64,000 nt of DNA, from assembly GCA_019057815.1 (NCBI GenBank), contig JAHLWR010000011.1, positions 1-64,000 on the forward strand, given 5' to 3'. Positions 27,684-38,071 of this stretch are shown piece by piece; the first letter of the stretch is position 1, and the number at the start of each line of letters is the position of its first letter. The stretch is from Candidatus Heimdallarchaeota archaeon (GTDB taxonomy: Archaea > Asgardarchaeota > Heimdallarchaeia > Heimdallarchaeales > Heimdallarchaeaceae). A model generated the notes under the pieces. The model was not told where the DNA came from and ran no database searches. It was given only the letters and a program-made list of their open reading frames with translations. A program made the position numbers and the translations under genes.

Positions 27684-30644
27684 TTAAAAGAATTCTTGCT
27701 TCTTTCGTACAGTCCATTTGTATGTTTCTAAAGCTATTATTGGGAAAATTATAACTATAATAAGAATCAACCAATCAATAATACCCAGAGGTAGAAGTTC
27801 CAAATTTACACTTAAAGTATTAGTAAGTAAGTGTTGGAGAGGAGTGATATACATTACAATTAGAAAACCCAGAGGAACAACAATAACAAAGAAAATTACC
27901 AACCAATTGAAATCCTCTTTTAAGGATTTAAAGAGTGACTTGTTAAATCTACGAAAACTTAAAACCATAAAGCTCTCTGTGAAAATCAAAATAGTAAGAA
28001 ACATCGTGCGTGCTTTAGCATGATTCAAAGTCTTAGAATCAAGAATATTCCCACTATCAAGTTGAAGGGTAGGTGCAATGCCACTCAAATTGTAATCCGA
28101 TACTTTGATAACACCATTAATAGCCAATAAGTAAATCAAACCAGCACTAAAAGCTAAAGAAAGAGCGACAACAATAAGAGCACCAATATAGCGCCTATTG
28201 AATATCTCTTCGTTATCCCTGGGAGGACAATCCATTATCTCATCAGCTATCTTATCAAACACTATTGCCATCGGCGGTAAAGCATGAGCTGTTGTAAAGA
28301 TTATAACTCTCTGGAAATTATTCAATAATGCGAAATTGAGTATAAATGAGCCTGTAAAGTAGATTATTGCTTCTGCTATATTTAGAGTAATAAAGAAAAA
28401 TATCATTAACCTAATTTTTTCAAAGAGTCCTCTTCCTTCCCTAATCCCTCTAATTGTGCTACCAAAACTATCGTCGGATATAACTACATCACTGGCTTGC
28501 TTAGCTACATCAGTACCAGTTATTCCCATTGCAATACCTACATCGGAAATAGCAAGGGCAAGAGCATCATTCACACCATCACCAGTCATAGCAATAATCT
28601 TATCTTGAGCTTGATATTTTTCAATGATTACTTGTTTATGTTGAGGAGATACTCTTGCAAAAACTCTTGCATTATAGAAATCTTCATCGTTTATTTTTTC
28701 TATTTGGCTTCCTTCTATAGCTCCTTCTTTTCCTTTGATTATATCTATGTTTGTAGCAATTGCCTTTGCAGTTAGTACAGAATCTCCTGTAATCATTATT
28801 GGTGTTACACCAGCTTTATAACATTCTCCTACTGATTCTTTTGTTCCGTAACGTGGAGGATCGAGCATGCACACAAAACCATTATAGACAAGCTCTTTTT
28901 CAATTTCGTTTCTCTTCATCTCTTTCACTGAAGAATCATCTATATTCTTATGCGCTAACGAAATCACACGATAACCCATTCCTGCAAATGCATTTATGTA
29001 ATCTAAAACTTTTTTCTTCGCATTCTCTGAAAACTCCCGATTAGACACACCTATATGTGTACATAAAGGTAGAACTGTTTCAGAAGCCCCCTTACAGAAT
29101 AAAACATTTTGATTTTTATTTTTTTTAAAAAGACAGCTCATTCTTTTTATTGTTGAGTCAAAGGGATATTCAATTAATGGTTTGTATTGTTCTTTTTTCT
29201 CATTCTCATTCAAACCAGATTTATTAAATAACGCTAAAAAAGCACCATCAGTAGGATCACCAGTAGTTCTCCAAGAAACTTGGTGGAAGGGTTCAAAGAC
29301 TTCTTCCACAATTAAATGAGCGTCATTATTAAGCAATCCACCTATCAAAAGATTTTCTAGATTCGAATCAGCATAAAAAGGGGTGATAGAATCAGGAATA
29401 TAATCAATATTTACTGTTAGAGAAGGTTCTGGGTCTATAGGAAAGATTGATCCTTTGTTGCTATATCCTAAACCACTAACACCAAATAATTCTTCAGTAT
29501 CCCATATACGCTGAATAGTCTGTTGATTAGAAGTAATAGTTCCAGTTTTATCTGTACAAAGTATTGAGCAGCGTCCTAGAGTTTCAATCGCTGATAAATT
29601 GCGTATGATTATCCTCTCTTTTGCCATTGATAGTACTCCAGTCAGCAGAATTATTGTAGTAAGTAGAGGGATAGTTATTGGCATTATTGCCATACTAGTA
29701 GTTATGCTTATTACTATATCATTTAGAACTAGATCGGTATTAGTAATCGTCCCTTGTGTTGCATGTATAATTATTTTATAAGTCACTGAGAGTATTAAAT
29801 AGATTATTACTGTTATACCCAACCATTTTGCTAACCTATTGACTTTGTTTCTAATAGGAATATCACTAGATCCTATAACTTCCAATTCAGAAGATAATTT
29901 ACCTAATTCTGTTGATAGACCTGTATTTACTACGATAGCTAGAGCTTTTCCTGATTCAAGAAAAGTACCGAGATATAACATGTTAACTCGATCTGAAATT
30001 AAAGTGTCCTCTTCTAAAACAGCGCCTGGTTTCGATGTTTTTTCTACAGCTAAACTTTCTCCCGTTAATGATGATTCATTAACTAAGCAGTTGTAAGCTT
30101 CTACTATTCTTGAATCAGCTGGAACTCTGTCTCCAGCATCTAATTGAATTATATCTCCAGGGACTAGATAATCAGCTTTTATCGTTTCAACCATACCCTC
30201 GCGTATAAGAGTAGATGTTGGAGCGGATAATTTGTGTAGAGCATCAAGTTTAAACGTTGCTCTTACTTGTTGAACAACTGCAAAGGCAATATTGAAAACA
30301 ATAATACCAATCCACAGTGCTAGCTGAGACCAAGTAGATGGCACCCAGAAAGCTAGTATGAATAATATTATCGAAACTATAAGATAGATATTTATTAACC
30401 AATTGAAAAGTGGAGAAAAATAAATTTCCCAGATGTTTCCTTTAACTGGTGGAATATTATTTTCTCCATAAAGGTTTAATCTTCGCTCGACCTCATATTT
30501 TGACAAACCCAATTTCAAATCAGTTGCAAGTTCATCACATACTTCATCAAGCGTCTTTCTATGTGCTGGAAAGATTTTCTGTTGTTTCCTAATTTTTGCT
30601 TCCTTTCTTCCCATAGCACTCATCCTCAATAAGAATAATAACAA
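27684..30644 (-). CDS. P-type ATPase (P2A-like architecture, atypical ion-binding motifs)
   Basis: LTGES, DKTGT, KGA.E, DPPR, TGDGVND; M4 reads PITIP instead of PEGLP. Confidence 0.9.
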   Translation of the reverse strand: MLLFLLRMSAMGRKEAKIRKQQKIFPAHRKTLDEVCDELATDLKLGLSKYEVERRLNLYGENNIPPVKGNIWEIYFSPLFNWLINIYLIVSIILFILAFWVPSTWSQLALWIGIIVFNIAFAVVQQVRATFKLDALHKLSAPTSTLIREGMVETIKADYLVPGDIIQLDAGDRVPADSRIVEAYNCLVNESSLTGESLAVEKTSKPGAVLEEDTLISDRVNMLYLGTFLESGKALAIVVNTGLSTELGKLSSELEVIGSSDIPIRNKVNRLAKWLGITVIIYLILSVTYKIIIHATQGTITNTDLVLNDIVISITTSMAIMPITIPLLTTIILLTGVLSMAKERIIIRNLSAIETLGRCSILCTDKTGTITSNQQTIQRIWDTEELFGVSGLGYSNKGSIFPIDPEPSLTVNIDYIPDSITPFYADSNLENLLIGGLLNNDAHLIVEEVFEPFHQVSWRTTGDPTDGAFLALFNKSGLNENEKKEQYKPLIEYPFDSTIKRMSCLFKKNKNQNVLFCKGASETVLPLCTHIGVSNREFSENAKKKVLDYINAFAGMGYRVISLAHKNIDDSSVKEMKRNEIEKELVYNGFVCMLDPPRYGTKESVGECYKAGVTPIMITGDSVLTAKAIATNIDIIKGKEGAIEGSQIEKINDEDFYNARVFARVSPQHKQVIIEKYQAQDKIIAMTGDGVNDALALAISDVGIAMGITGTDVAKQASDVVISDDSFGSTIRGIREGRGLFEKIRLMIFFFITLNIAEAIIYFTGSFILNFALLNNFQRVIIFTTAHALPPMAIVFDKIADEIMDCPPRDNEEIFNRRYIGALIVVALSLAFSAGLIYLLAINGVIKVSDYNLSGIAPTLQLDSGNILDSKTLNHAKARTMFLTILIFTESFMVLSFRRFNKSLFKSLKEDFNWLVIFFVIVVPLGFLIVMYITPLQHLLTNTLSVNLELLPLGIIDWLILIIVIIFPIIALETYKWTVRKKQEFF

Positions 30645-30812
30645 ATAAGTGTGAGTTCATATTAAATTTATCTGTTTAAAAAGCGCTATTAATGTTATTT
30701 TTATTTTTTTCAGAACCAATTTAGTAAAAGAAGACAAATAGCAAAATTCAAAAAAGAAAGGAAGGTTTAAAATTCGTAAGAAGAATTTATTTACAAGAAA
30801 ACAGTTAAACGA

Positions 30813-31565
30813 GTGATAAAAATGTTCACAAGAGATGAGTACAAAGATTTAGCCGATGCTTTGACAAAGGATGTTAAGTCCAAATTAAGCGCAGAAGTAA
30901 AGAGTTTACTACTTGTAGGTAGTGTTGCAGCAAATGAACATATCAGTGGAGAATCGGATTGTGATTTCCTATTTATTTTAAACAAAAAAGTGACAAAAGG
31001 GGAAAAATACCTAAAAACACTTACAAAAATTGGTGAGATTGCAGCAAAATACTTAGAAGACCCTCTATACTCTTCATTAATTGACATTGAAATCATAGGA
31101 GAAGATGATTTTCCATCAGTTAATAAGAAATCTCTTTATTCGTGGACAAAAGCTTCAATGGTGAAAAATGGAAAAGCACTCATTGGGGATAATCCCTTGG
31201 AGAAATTGAAGATTGATAATGATAAGCTTAAAGCTGATGCTATTTGCATGGCAAGGGAATTTTACGAGCAAATGAAGGATTTAGTTCTCTATCCTCCAAC
31301 TGATGAGTACAGAGGACTTTATATGGTAGTAGATGCAGTTCTTGGTTGTGCATGTGCTTATCTTTATTTCAATGGTGAAACCAACTTTTATAGAAGCAAT
31401 GCTGTAATGGTTTTTGAAGAGAAATACAAAGACAAGTTAAATATTGAGGCACTCCAAATCAGCCAAAGATTAAGATTAGCAGCAAAAACTGTTGACACAA
31501 AAGACTTCATTCCTAAATCTTTAGAATTTTGCAGAAATGTAATAACTGAACTGATTAATAACTGA
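30813..31565 (+). CDS. Pol-beta-fold nucleotidyltransferase domain protein
   Basis: LVGS...SDCD and third Asp in IDIE. Confidence 0.75.
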   Translation: MIKMFTRDEYKDLADALTKDVKSKLSAEVKSLLLVGSVAANEHISGESDCDFLFILNKKVTKGEKYLKTLTKIGEIAAKYLEDPLYSSLIDIEIIGEDDFPSVNKKSLYSWTKASMVKNGKALIGDNPLEKLKIDNDKLKADAICMAREFYEQMKDLVLYPPTDEYRGLYMVVDAVLGCACAYLYFNGETNFYRSNAVMVFEEKYKDKLNIEALQISQRLRLAAKTVDTKDFIPKSLEFCRNVITELINN

Positions 31566-31574
31566 GGTTAAATC

Positions 31575-32231
31575 GTGTCTGTTAAAACAGGGATTGATAT
31601 TCTCGTTGAAGAAGTTGAAGGTTCTTTAATACTATTGATTGGAGAATCAGGTACAGCAAAAGAAGAACTTACATACAGATTCATAGAAGATGGTTTTGAA
31701 AAAGATGAAACAATTCTTATAGTTGTCTTTTCTCAATCTTCCACAGATTACATAAAAATACTTCAAGAAAAGATTCCAAAAACTGAAGAGTATCTAAAAA
31801 ATGAAAAGATAAATTTCATAGATGTTCATTCATTTCGCTCTTTACCAAAAGAAAAACCTCCTAATACGGTTCTTCTAGATAATGCAAATGACCTCTTAGC
31901 GTTGTCAGTAAATATCAATGATTTTTCACTGAAATATGAAAAACTTCGAATTGTTTTTGACCAATTCTCACTTCTGATGTTATATAACTCTCCAATTCAA
32001 GTACTAAATTTCATTCAAACTTTAGCTGCAAGAATTAGACAAAGGAATCAAGTAGCTATGATTGTACTTGATTTAGGCGTTATTGATAATCAAGTAGAGA
32101 GAACACTTCACACGATAGTTGATATAGTTGCTGAAACAAAAAGATCTGATGAACTTACGGAAGTTAATCAGCTAGTAAGAATAAAATTTGCTAAAAGCAA
32201 ATATGAACCTCGTTGGGTCCAAGTAGTATAA
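31575..32231 (+). CDS. Single-domain KaiC/RAD55-like ATPase, degenerate
   Basis: KTGID, GESGTAKE, IVFDQFS, VDIV. Confidence 0.75.
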   Translation: MSVKTGIDILVEEVEGSLILLIGESGTAKEELTYRFIEDGFEKDETILIVVFSQSSTDYIKILQEKIPKTEEYLKNEKINFIDVHSFRSLPKEKPPNTVLLDNANDLLALSVNINDFSLKYEKLRIVFDQFSLLMLYNSPIQVLNFIQTLAARIRQRNQVAMIVLDLGVIDNQVERTLHTIVDIVAETKRSDELTEVNQLVRIKFAKSKYEPRWVQVV

Positions 32232-32275
32232 ACTACCCCTACCTAAAGTAAAAGGGCTTCTGCTATGTTCATTAA
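32228..32275 (-). mobile_element. About 48-bp IS200/IS605 left-end/right-end hybrid (PATE-like remnant)
   Basis: Reverse strand ttaatgaacatagcagaagcccttttactttaggtaggggtagtttat shares acatagcagaa and actttaggt with the left end (40519-40546) and gtagtt(c/t)at with the right end (41858-41866) of the tnpB element. Confidence 0.75.
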
Positions 32276-32404
32276 ATAATACTTAACATTTTAATCTTAG
32301 AAATGATTGAAACAGTTTCTGTTTTTTTAAGCTGTAAAGGTCGTTTTAAACAAACACTAAAATTTAAATTGTTAATAATTAGGAAAAGAAAAGGAATCTA
32401 CGAA

Positions 32405-33424
32405 TTACTTTTTCTGATTTCGGATAACTGTAATTCCCATAAAGGTTAAACACAAAATTGACACAACTATTGAGATGGAAACATCTTGAGGTGGATTAAT
32501 TGGATTTTGAAGCGAGTATATACAATATTCAATCATAGAAATATAATCTAATACTTCGAAAGTACTATATTTTCCGGGAATAGGGGACATATTTGCAATT
32601 TTTGCACCTGTTTCTCGAGCTATAACATTTACATGGTCTGAACTGTGTTGGGGACTAGAAATTATTAAACTACAGTTCTCGCTTTCCATAAGTTTAATGA
32701 CATTATCTATATGTGCTTGCCCTGGTTCTCCTCCATCGTGAGATTCTATTACAGCAATACGTTCGATACCTAGTAGATCAAAAAGATAATAGAATGCAGG
32801 ATGGTTGACCACAACTTTTAAACCTTGAAATATTGCAGTTTTATTAGCGTAAATATCATCCATGAGGGTATTAATTTTTTCTTCAAATGCATTATAATTC
32901 TCAATAAATGAATCGCTATTTAATGGATCAAGCTCTATGAGTTTATCTTTTGTAACATTACCCATCTTCATCGCAACATTTGGATTCATCCAAACATGGG
33001 GGTTAATAGAACCATCAAGCAATGAATCAGCATATCCATCATCAATATTTGTTAAGTTGACGATTTTATCAGCCAAATTTGGATAATCAGCCACTAAAGG
33101 AGCTAACCATGGTTCTGCACCTGAAATCCCCATTGAAAATATTACATCACATTCGATCATATGGTTAATTTGCATTTGTGTGGGACCATCGAATGAATGT
33201 ATATCTGTTGAACTATCAACGATTGATTCAATATCCACATTATCTCCAACAATTTGCATAGCAATATCATATGGAATTGCTATCGTAGTCATTATATCCA
33301 AGGAAGATGTTTCTTGTGTGATTAATTTCTTAATGGGTAGCGAAATAACGTTTTCATTAACTACCATAGGCAAAATAAAGAAGCTTGAGATAATAATCCA
33401 TAATATAACTAATCTTTTCTTCAA
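32405..33424 (-). CDS. Zn/Mn ABC transporter substrate-binding protein (ZnuA/TroA family)
   Basis: DIHSF, NPHVWMNP, HPAFYY; C-terminal TM anchor. Confidence 0.9.
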   Translation of the reverse strand: MKKRLVILWIIISSFFILPMVVNENVISLPIKKLITQETSSLDIMTTIAIPYDIAMQIVGDNVDIESIVDSSTDIHSFDGPTQMQINHMIECDVIFSMGISGAEPWLAPLVADYPNLADKIVNLTNIDDGYADSLLDGSINPHVWMNPNVAMKMGNVTKDKLIELDPLNSDSFIENYNAFEEKINTLMDDIYANKTAIFQGLKVVVNHPAFYYLFDLLGIERIAVIESHDGGEPGQAHIDNVIKLMESENCSLIISSPQHSSDHVNVIARETGAKIANMSPIPGKYSTFEVLDYISMIEYCIYSLQNPINPPQDVSISIVVSILCLTFMGITVIRNQKK

Positions 33425-33500
33425 ACAAAGCTCACCTGTTAATGTTTTTCTTTTAGATAAAGCTGAATACTATCAGTATTTGAGTATAAATATATAAAGA

Positions 33501-33600
33501 TTACGTTATATCGTAATTTAATATATACTAAAAACTGTTTATTGATAGCAAAAAATGCGTCTTCAAACCGATTACTAAATTATTTTACGCCGTAACATAA
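33501..33600. promoter_or_regulatory. Two palindromic operators TTACG-N6-C(G/A)TAA in a divergent promoter
   Basis: 33501-33516 and 33585-33600, each just upstream of an oppositely oriented TATA box (33491-98 minus; about 33603-10 plus). Confidence 0.7.
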
Positions 33601-33639
33601 TATTTATAAGTATCATAAATATAAGTTCTTTGAATTCAA

Positions 33640-34065
33640 ATGGATTTACTAGAGCCAGGAACACTAGAATACAGTATTTTACAACAATTTCTTTTTCAAG
33701 AAGGAGGAATCAAACCTGGTAAAATTGCCAAACAGCTATGCAAAGAGCGAAGTACTATAAATAGTGCAATTGAACGAATGGGGAAGAAGGGCATTTTGAG
33801 GTGGGATAAATATAACGAGATTCGGCTTCTAAATAAAGGTAGAAATGAACTCAAGCACATCGAAACTCATCTTCATTTAATCGAGGTATTTCTAGTAGAC
33901 ACTTTGAGCATATCAACAAAGAAAGCATACAAAGAATCTCTTCGATTAGCTCCTCACTTTTCATGTGAATTAATCGAAAAAATATGTAACCAATATAATA
34001 AGCCAGAAGTATGTCCAAACAGAAGAATAATACCCCATCATCCTGCATGTCATTCGCATGATTGA
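33640..34065 (+). CDS. DtxR/MntR-family metal-dependent regulator
   Basis: wHTH, HLHLIEVFLVDTL, ESLRLAPH, CPNRRIIP. Confidence 0.85.
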   Translation: MDLLEPGTLEYSILQQFLFQEGGIKPGKIAKQLCKERSTINSAIERMGKKGILRWDKYNEIRLLNKGRNELKHIETHLHLIEVFLVDTLSISTKKAYKESLRLAPHFSCELIEKICNQYNKPEVCPNRRIIPHHPACHSHD

Positions 34066-34087
34066 GATTTAAAGGAGATGATTTAGA

Positions 34088-36028
34088 ATAACTACATTAA
34101 CAGATTTCTTTCAAGCATTAACTAAAAGTTATGTTCTTAGACCATTCTTGACAGCAATTATTATCGGTGTTGTCTGTGCAATTATTGGGGTTTTTATCAT
34201 TCTAAGAGGATTAGTTTTCTTTGGGAATGGCATTGCACATTCTGCGTTTGCAGGTGGAGCTTTAGCGATACTATTAAACTTACCTTCACCACTTCAACTA
34301 TTAGTGATTACAGGTTTTACAACTGCAACAGCAATAAGTATTGGATATGTAAATCAGAAAGCGAAAATTACAAATGAAACAGCAATAGGGATATTTTTTG
34401 CTTTTACAATGGCACTTGGAGTCATCTTTGTTAGTCTATATAAAACATATAACATTGCAATAAGCTCATTACTCTTTGGTAGTTTAGCATCAATAAGCAA
34501 TACTGAACTTATAACAAACTTGGTTTTAGCACTAATAATTATTAGTGTCGTTCTCATAATTAGAAGAGGATTATATTTTCTAACATTTGACGAAGAATTA
34601 GCCAAAGCAAATGGTATGGCTGTTAATTTCTTATCATATACATTTCTCATACTTACAGCATTGACAATTGTTATGTGTATTACAACAGTTGGAATTATCC
34701 TAGTAATGGCATATATCGTTACTCCAGCAGCAGCAGCATACCAGTTTACATACAAATTAAAAAGGATGATCATTTATTCAGTAATATTCGCCGTTATTGC
34801 TTCTTTTTTGGGTTTTATGATAGCATATTTACTCGATATTTCCGGAAGTGCAACAATAGCTATTGTTCTAACATTAATGTTTCTTATATCAATGCTAATC
34901 TCACCAAAACGACGATCAAGAAAAATAGGCGCAGATGTAACGCTTTGTATTAAGTGTGAAAAATTAGTAGAAGAGTCCGAGTGTAAATACTGCATTATTA
35001 GTGAAAATACTCGCATAAATGACAATTTAAAAGAACCATTGTTACCTAATCAAATCTTCAAAGATGATGAAAATAGAATAATAAAACAAGAGAAACTACA
35101 AGAAAATAATGTTTCAAATAAGGAGAGTAACCCCATTATAGATTTACGTGATATTTCAGTAGTTTTAGATAAGAATCTCATTATTGATGATATAAACTTA
35201 CAAATCAGAAAGGGGGAGTATATTGGTTTAATCGGTAAAAATGGATCTGGAAAGAGCACATTAATGAAAACAATATTAGGATTGATCAAACCAACAAAAG
35301 GTACTGTGAGAATTTTTGGTTTACCTATAGAAAAAAAACTTAGTAGAAGAATATCAATCAAAAAAATAATTTCTACATATACGAGAAAAAATACAAGGAA
35401 TAACATTTCTTTGAATATTTATGATCGTATTGGTTATGTTTCTCAAATGCATCTAATTCAGAGAGAATTTCCAGCTACAGTTCGCGATGTTGTTGCAATG
35501 GGATTGTACAAGAAGGGTAGCTCTTTAATAGTAAAAATGCTTAGGCTTTTGGTACTTATATTCCATTTTCCATTGGTTTTCTATGATACTGAAGGTTTTG
35601 TAAAGAAATTTAGAGGAAGAATCCAAAGCGTTAAGGATGTTAAAAAACATAGGAAAGATAATAATGAAAAAGTCTTAAACGCATTACATAAAGTCGGAAT
35701 GGGAACATTCCAGAATCGCCCAATAGGTCATCTTTCGGGGGGAGAACAGCAAAAAGTACTTGTAGCTCAATCTCTTGCTAGAAATCCAGAGATTTTACTT
35801 CTAGATGAACCTACAGCAGCTCTGGATTTTGTTATGGTGAAAAATTTCCTAGATCTGCTAAATACACTGAATAAGAAATATGGTCTAACATTGATTGTTA
35901 TCCAACACAACCTTGAGATGTTGCGACCTTTCTGTTCAAGATTGATTATGTTAAAAGGAATAATAGTTTATGATGGTTTACCAAACATTCCTAGAGCAGA
36001 TCAAGTATTAGAAACAGTATTCTCTTGA
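34088..36028 (+). CDS. Fused metal ABC permease + ATPase (ZnuB-ZnuC-like) with Cys-rich linker
   Basis: GNGIAHSAFAG, FDEELA, CIKC...CKYC, GKNGSGKST, LSGGEQQ, LLLDEP; frame open from ATA 34088 behind a GGAGATGA SD. Confidence 0.9.
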   Translation: MTTLTDFFQALTKSYVLRPFLTAIIIGVVCAIIGVFIILRGLVFFGNGIAHSAFAGGALAILLNLPSPLQLLVITGFTTATAISIGYVNQKAKITNETAIGIFFAFTMALGVIFVSLYKTYNIAISSLLFGSLASISNTELITNLVLALIIISVVLIIRRGLYFLTFDEELAKANGMAVNFLSYTFLILTALTIVMCITTVGIILVMAYIVTPAAAAYQFTYKLKRMIIYSVIFAVIASFLGFMIAYLLDISGSATIAIVLTLMFLISMLISPKRRSRKIGADVTLCIKCEKLVEESECKYCIISENTRINDNLKEPLLPNQIFKDDENRIIKQEKLQENNVSNKESNPIIDLRDISVVLDKNLIIDDINLQIRKGEYIGLIGKNGSGKSTLMKTILGLIKPTKGTVRIFGLPIEKKLSRRISIKKIISTYTRKNTRNNISLNIYDRIGYVSQMHLIQREFPATVRDVVAMGLYKKGSSLIVKMLRLLVLIFHFPLVFYDTEGFVKKFRGRIQSVKDVKKHRKDNNEKVLNALHKVGMGTFQNRPIGHLSGGEQQKVLVAQSLARNPEILLLDEPTAALDFVMVKNFLDLLNTLNKKYGLTLIVIQHNLEMLRPFCSRLIMLKGIIVYDGLPNIPRADQVLETVFS

Positions 36029-36185
36029 AAAATGCATTGTACATTCCAGTAAGTTTTTCTGTTCATTTATCATCTTTGAACAGAAAAAAAACAAAAATAA
36101 TACTAACTATATGTGTTTTCAAACAAAGTTTATAAGAAAAAACCAAATAGTTACACTAACGGAAATATGCAACTTGTGATTCAAA

Positions 36186-36482
36186 ATGTCAGATAAAAAA
36201 GATTTTCAAAATGACAGATCTACAATCTTCATAAGTAAAAAAGGCACAATGAATTACTGTTTAGTAGCTGTAACTATTTTCAACAAAGGAGCTGAGACAT
36301 GCCAGATTAGAGCAAGAGGAAGGTTGATCAGCAAAGCAGTAGATGTAGCAGAAATCACAACACGAAAATTTTTGCCTGAGATGTTAGAAATTGCAGAAGT
36401 TAAAATTGGTTCAGAAGAAGTAGAAAACGATGGTTTTAAAAAAAGCGTATCAACTATCGATATCACTCTTAAGAAAAAATAG
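36186..36482 (+). CDS. albA: DNA/RNA-binding protein Alba
   Basis: IFISKKGTMNY, RARGRLISKAVDVAEI, VSTIDITL. Confidence 0.95.
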   Translation: MSDKKDFQNDRSTIFISKKGTMNYCLVAVTIFNKGAETCQIRARGRLISKAVDVAEITTRKFLPEMLEIAEVKIGSEEVENDGFKKSVSTIDITLKKK

Positions 36483-36884
36483 AACAAGTAACTTGCTTCT
36501 TTCTAAGATGAATTTTTTAAGATGAAGTAACATAAACTTTAGCTGTATAGGTCAATGTTACGCTTTTTGAACGAATCAAAATACGAATAACTATACATTG
36601 ATTCGTTAAAGTGTTTGGGGTAATAGCTATCTTTAGACACCGCTAAATTAATAGCATTTTCAGTATATTCTAGTGTTACTTTTATCCCGTTTTCATTGAA
36701 TAGTTCTCTCTCTGTTTCCCAACATAGCGGGATTTGCATTCGGGTTGATTATGAAAAAAGGTTTTAAAGACATATATTTGTGCTAAATACTAGCTATTAA
36801 TAATTATTTATGTAAAAAGATTTTACGCTAAATATATTAACTTACATTTTTATATTAGAATACTATTTAGTGATAGTGATTACA

Positions 36885-37241
36885 ATGCAATGTCCTCAAT
36901 GCGGTACTGAAAATCCACAAGACGCAGCTTTCTGCCGTAAATGTGGAAGAAATATTGGCACCACTAGTCCTGAATCATCACAGCCCACAACTCTTGGTAC
37001 TCCCCCTCAACAAGAATATGCACAGCAACAATACGCTCCAACTCCAAGTAAAAGATTTGTTAGATGTTCAAATGATAGTACTATCGCTGGAGTGTGTTCT
37101 GGTTTCGCTAGATATGCAAATATCGATGTTTCCTCAACCAGAATAATAACGCTTTTGCTATTACTCTTTACAGCTTCAGGAATATTTTGGGTTTATCTTA
37201 TATTATGGATAATTTTACCAAAAGAACAATGTACAAACTAA
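36885..37241 (+). CDS. Zinc-ribbon + PspC domain protein
   Basis: CPQCG...FCRKCG; R...D..IAGVCSGFARY...YLILWIILP. Confidence 0.85.
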   Translation: MQCPQCGTENPQDAAFCRKCGRNIGTTSPESSQPTTLGTPPQQEYAQQQYAPTPSKRFVRCSNDSTIAGVCSGFARYANIDVSSTRIITLLLLLFTASGIFWVYLILWIILPKEQCTN

Positions 37242-37261
37242 AAAGTTTTGAAGCATTTTCT

Positions 37262-38071
37262 TTAGGAATTCTTTTCTTCTTTTTTATTTACAAAAAAATC
37301 TTCTAATTTACTTGACTTTGGTCTTTGAATAACAGGAAAAATCTCACTCCAAGGTACTTTTTTTATGCTCATACCATTTTTTTCCAAGTATTCTTGAACA
37401 TTTTTTGGAAAATTAGGTGCAACCATTATTGCTCTAATAATCTTTTTTTCTGTATCTTTAAAATACTCCACATAACGTTTTAACTGATGAGCATCAGCTG
37501 GAGATGCGTTTCTTTTTTTAACTTCAACAATTACTTCTCTCCCCTTTGTATCTCTTCCCTTAATATCGACTGGTCCAACTTTTGTTTGAAATTCCGTTTT
37601 AACGACTTTAAATCCTTCTTCAATTAATTCAGGGTGTGTAACAAGATACTTGACTAGATCAGATTCATCACCATAAATTTCGATTTCTGTTCCATCTAAA
37701 GCGTGCCAAAGTATAGAAGTGAATATTTGTTCAAACACGACTATTAATGTTTCACCCGTTTTTTTTCTACGTGTGAACATTTCTAAAGTTGAATCCTTTT
37801 CTGAAAAATGAATGGGGCCTGCATCAGGTTTTTGCCAATTCAGGGGTTTTACACCTTCAGGTCCGTGCATGATAATTGATAGATCTTTCTTTATCACTAA
37901 TAAGCGATCTCCACTTTCTAGTGTGGATTTTATTCTTCCATCAAAATAAGCTTTACATCTTCCAGCTATTATAATCATTTTATCTCCAACAGCTTTGTTT
38001 AGCCTATCTATGAGATTATTAATAGGTGATACTGGAAGATTTACAATATTACTGAGTTCCATCTGAACCAC
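37262..38071 (-). CDS. nucS: Mismatch endonuclease NucS/EndoMS
   Basis: YFDGRIKSTL, KPLNWQ, GPVDI, VEVK, QLKRY; ATG 38062 is a likely start. Confidence 0.95.
   Translation of the reverse strand: MVQMELSNIVNLPVSPINNLIDRLNKAVGDKMIIIAGRCKAYFDGRIKSTLESGDRLLVIKKDLSIIMHGPEGVKPLNWQKPDAGPIHFSEKDSTLEMFTRRKKTGETLIVVFEQIFTSILWHALDGTEIEIYGDESDLVKYLVTHPELIEEGFKVVKTEFQTKVGPVDIKGRDTKGREVIVEVKKRNASPADAHQLKRYVEYFKDTEKKIIRAIMVAPNFPKNVQEYLEKNGMSIKKVPWSEIFPVIQRPKSSKLEDFFVNKKEEKNS

Noticed and set aside
30813-31565. Nucleotidyltransferase as half of an MNT-HEPN toxin-antitoxin pair
   Set aside because: No adjacent HEPN gene; the HEPN-like gene is 27 kb away
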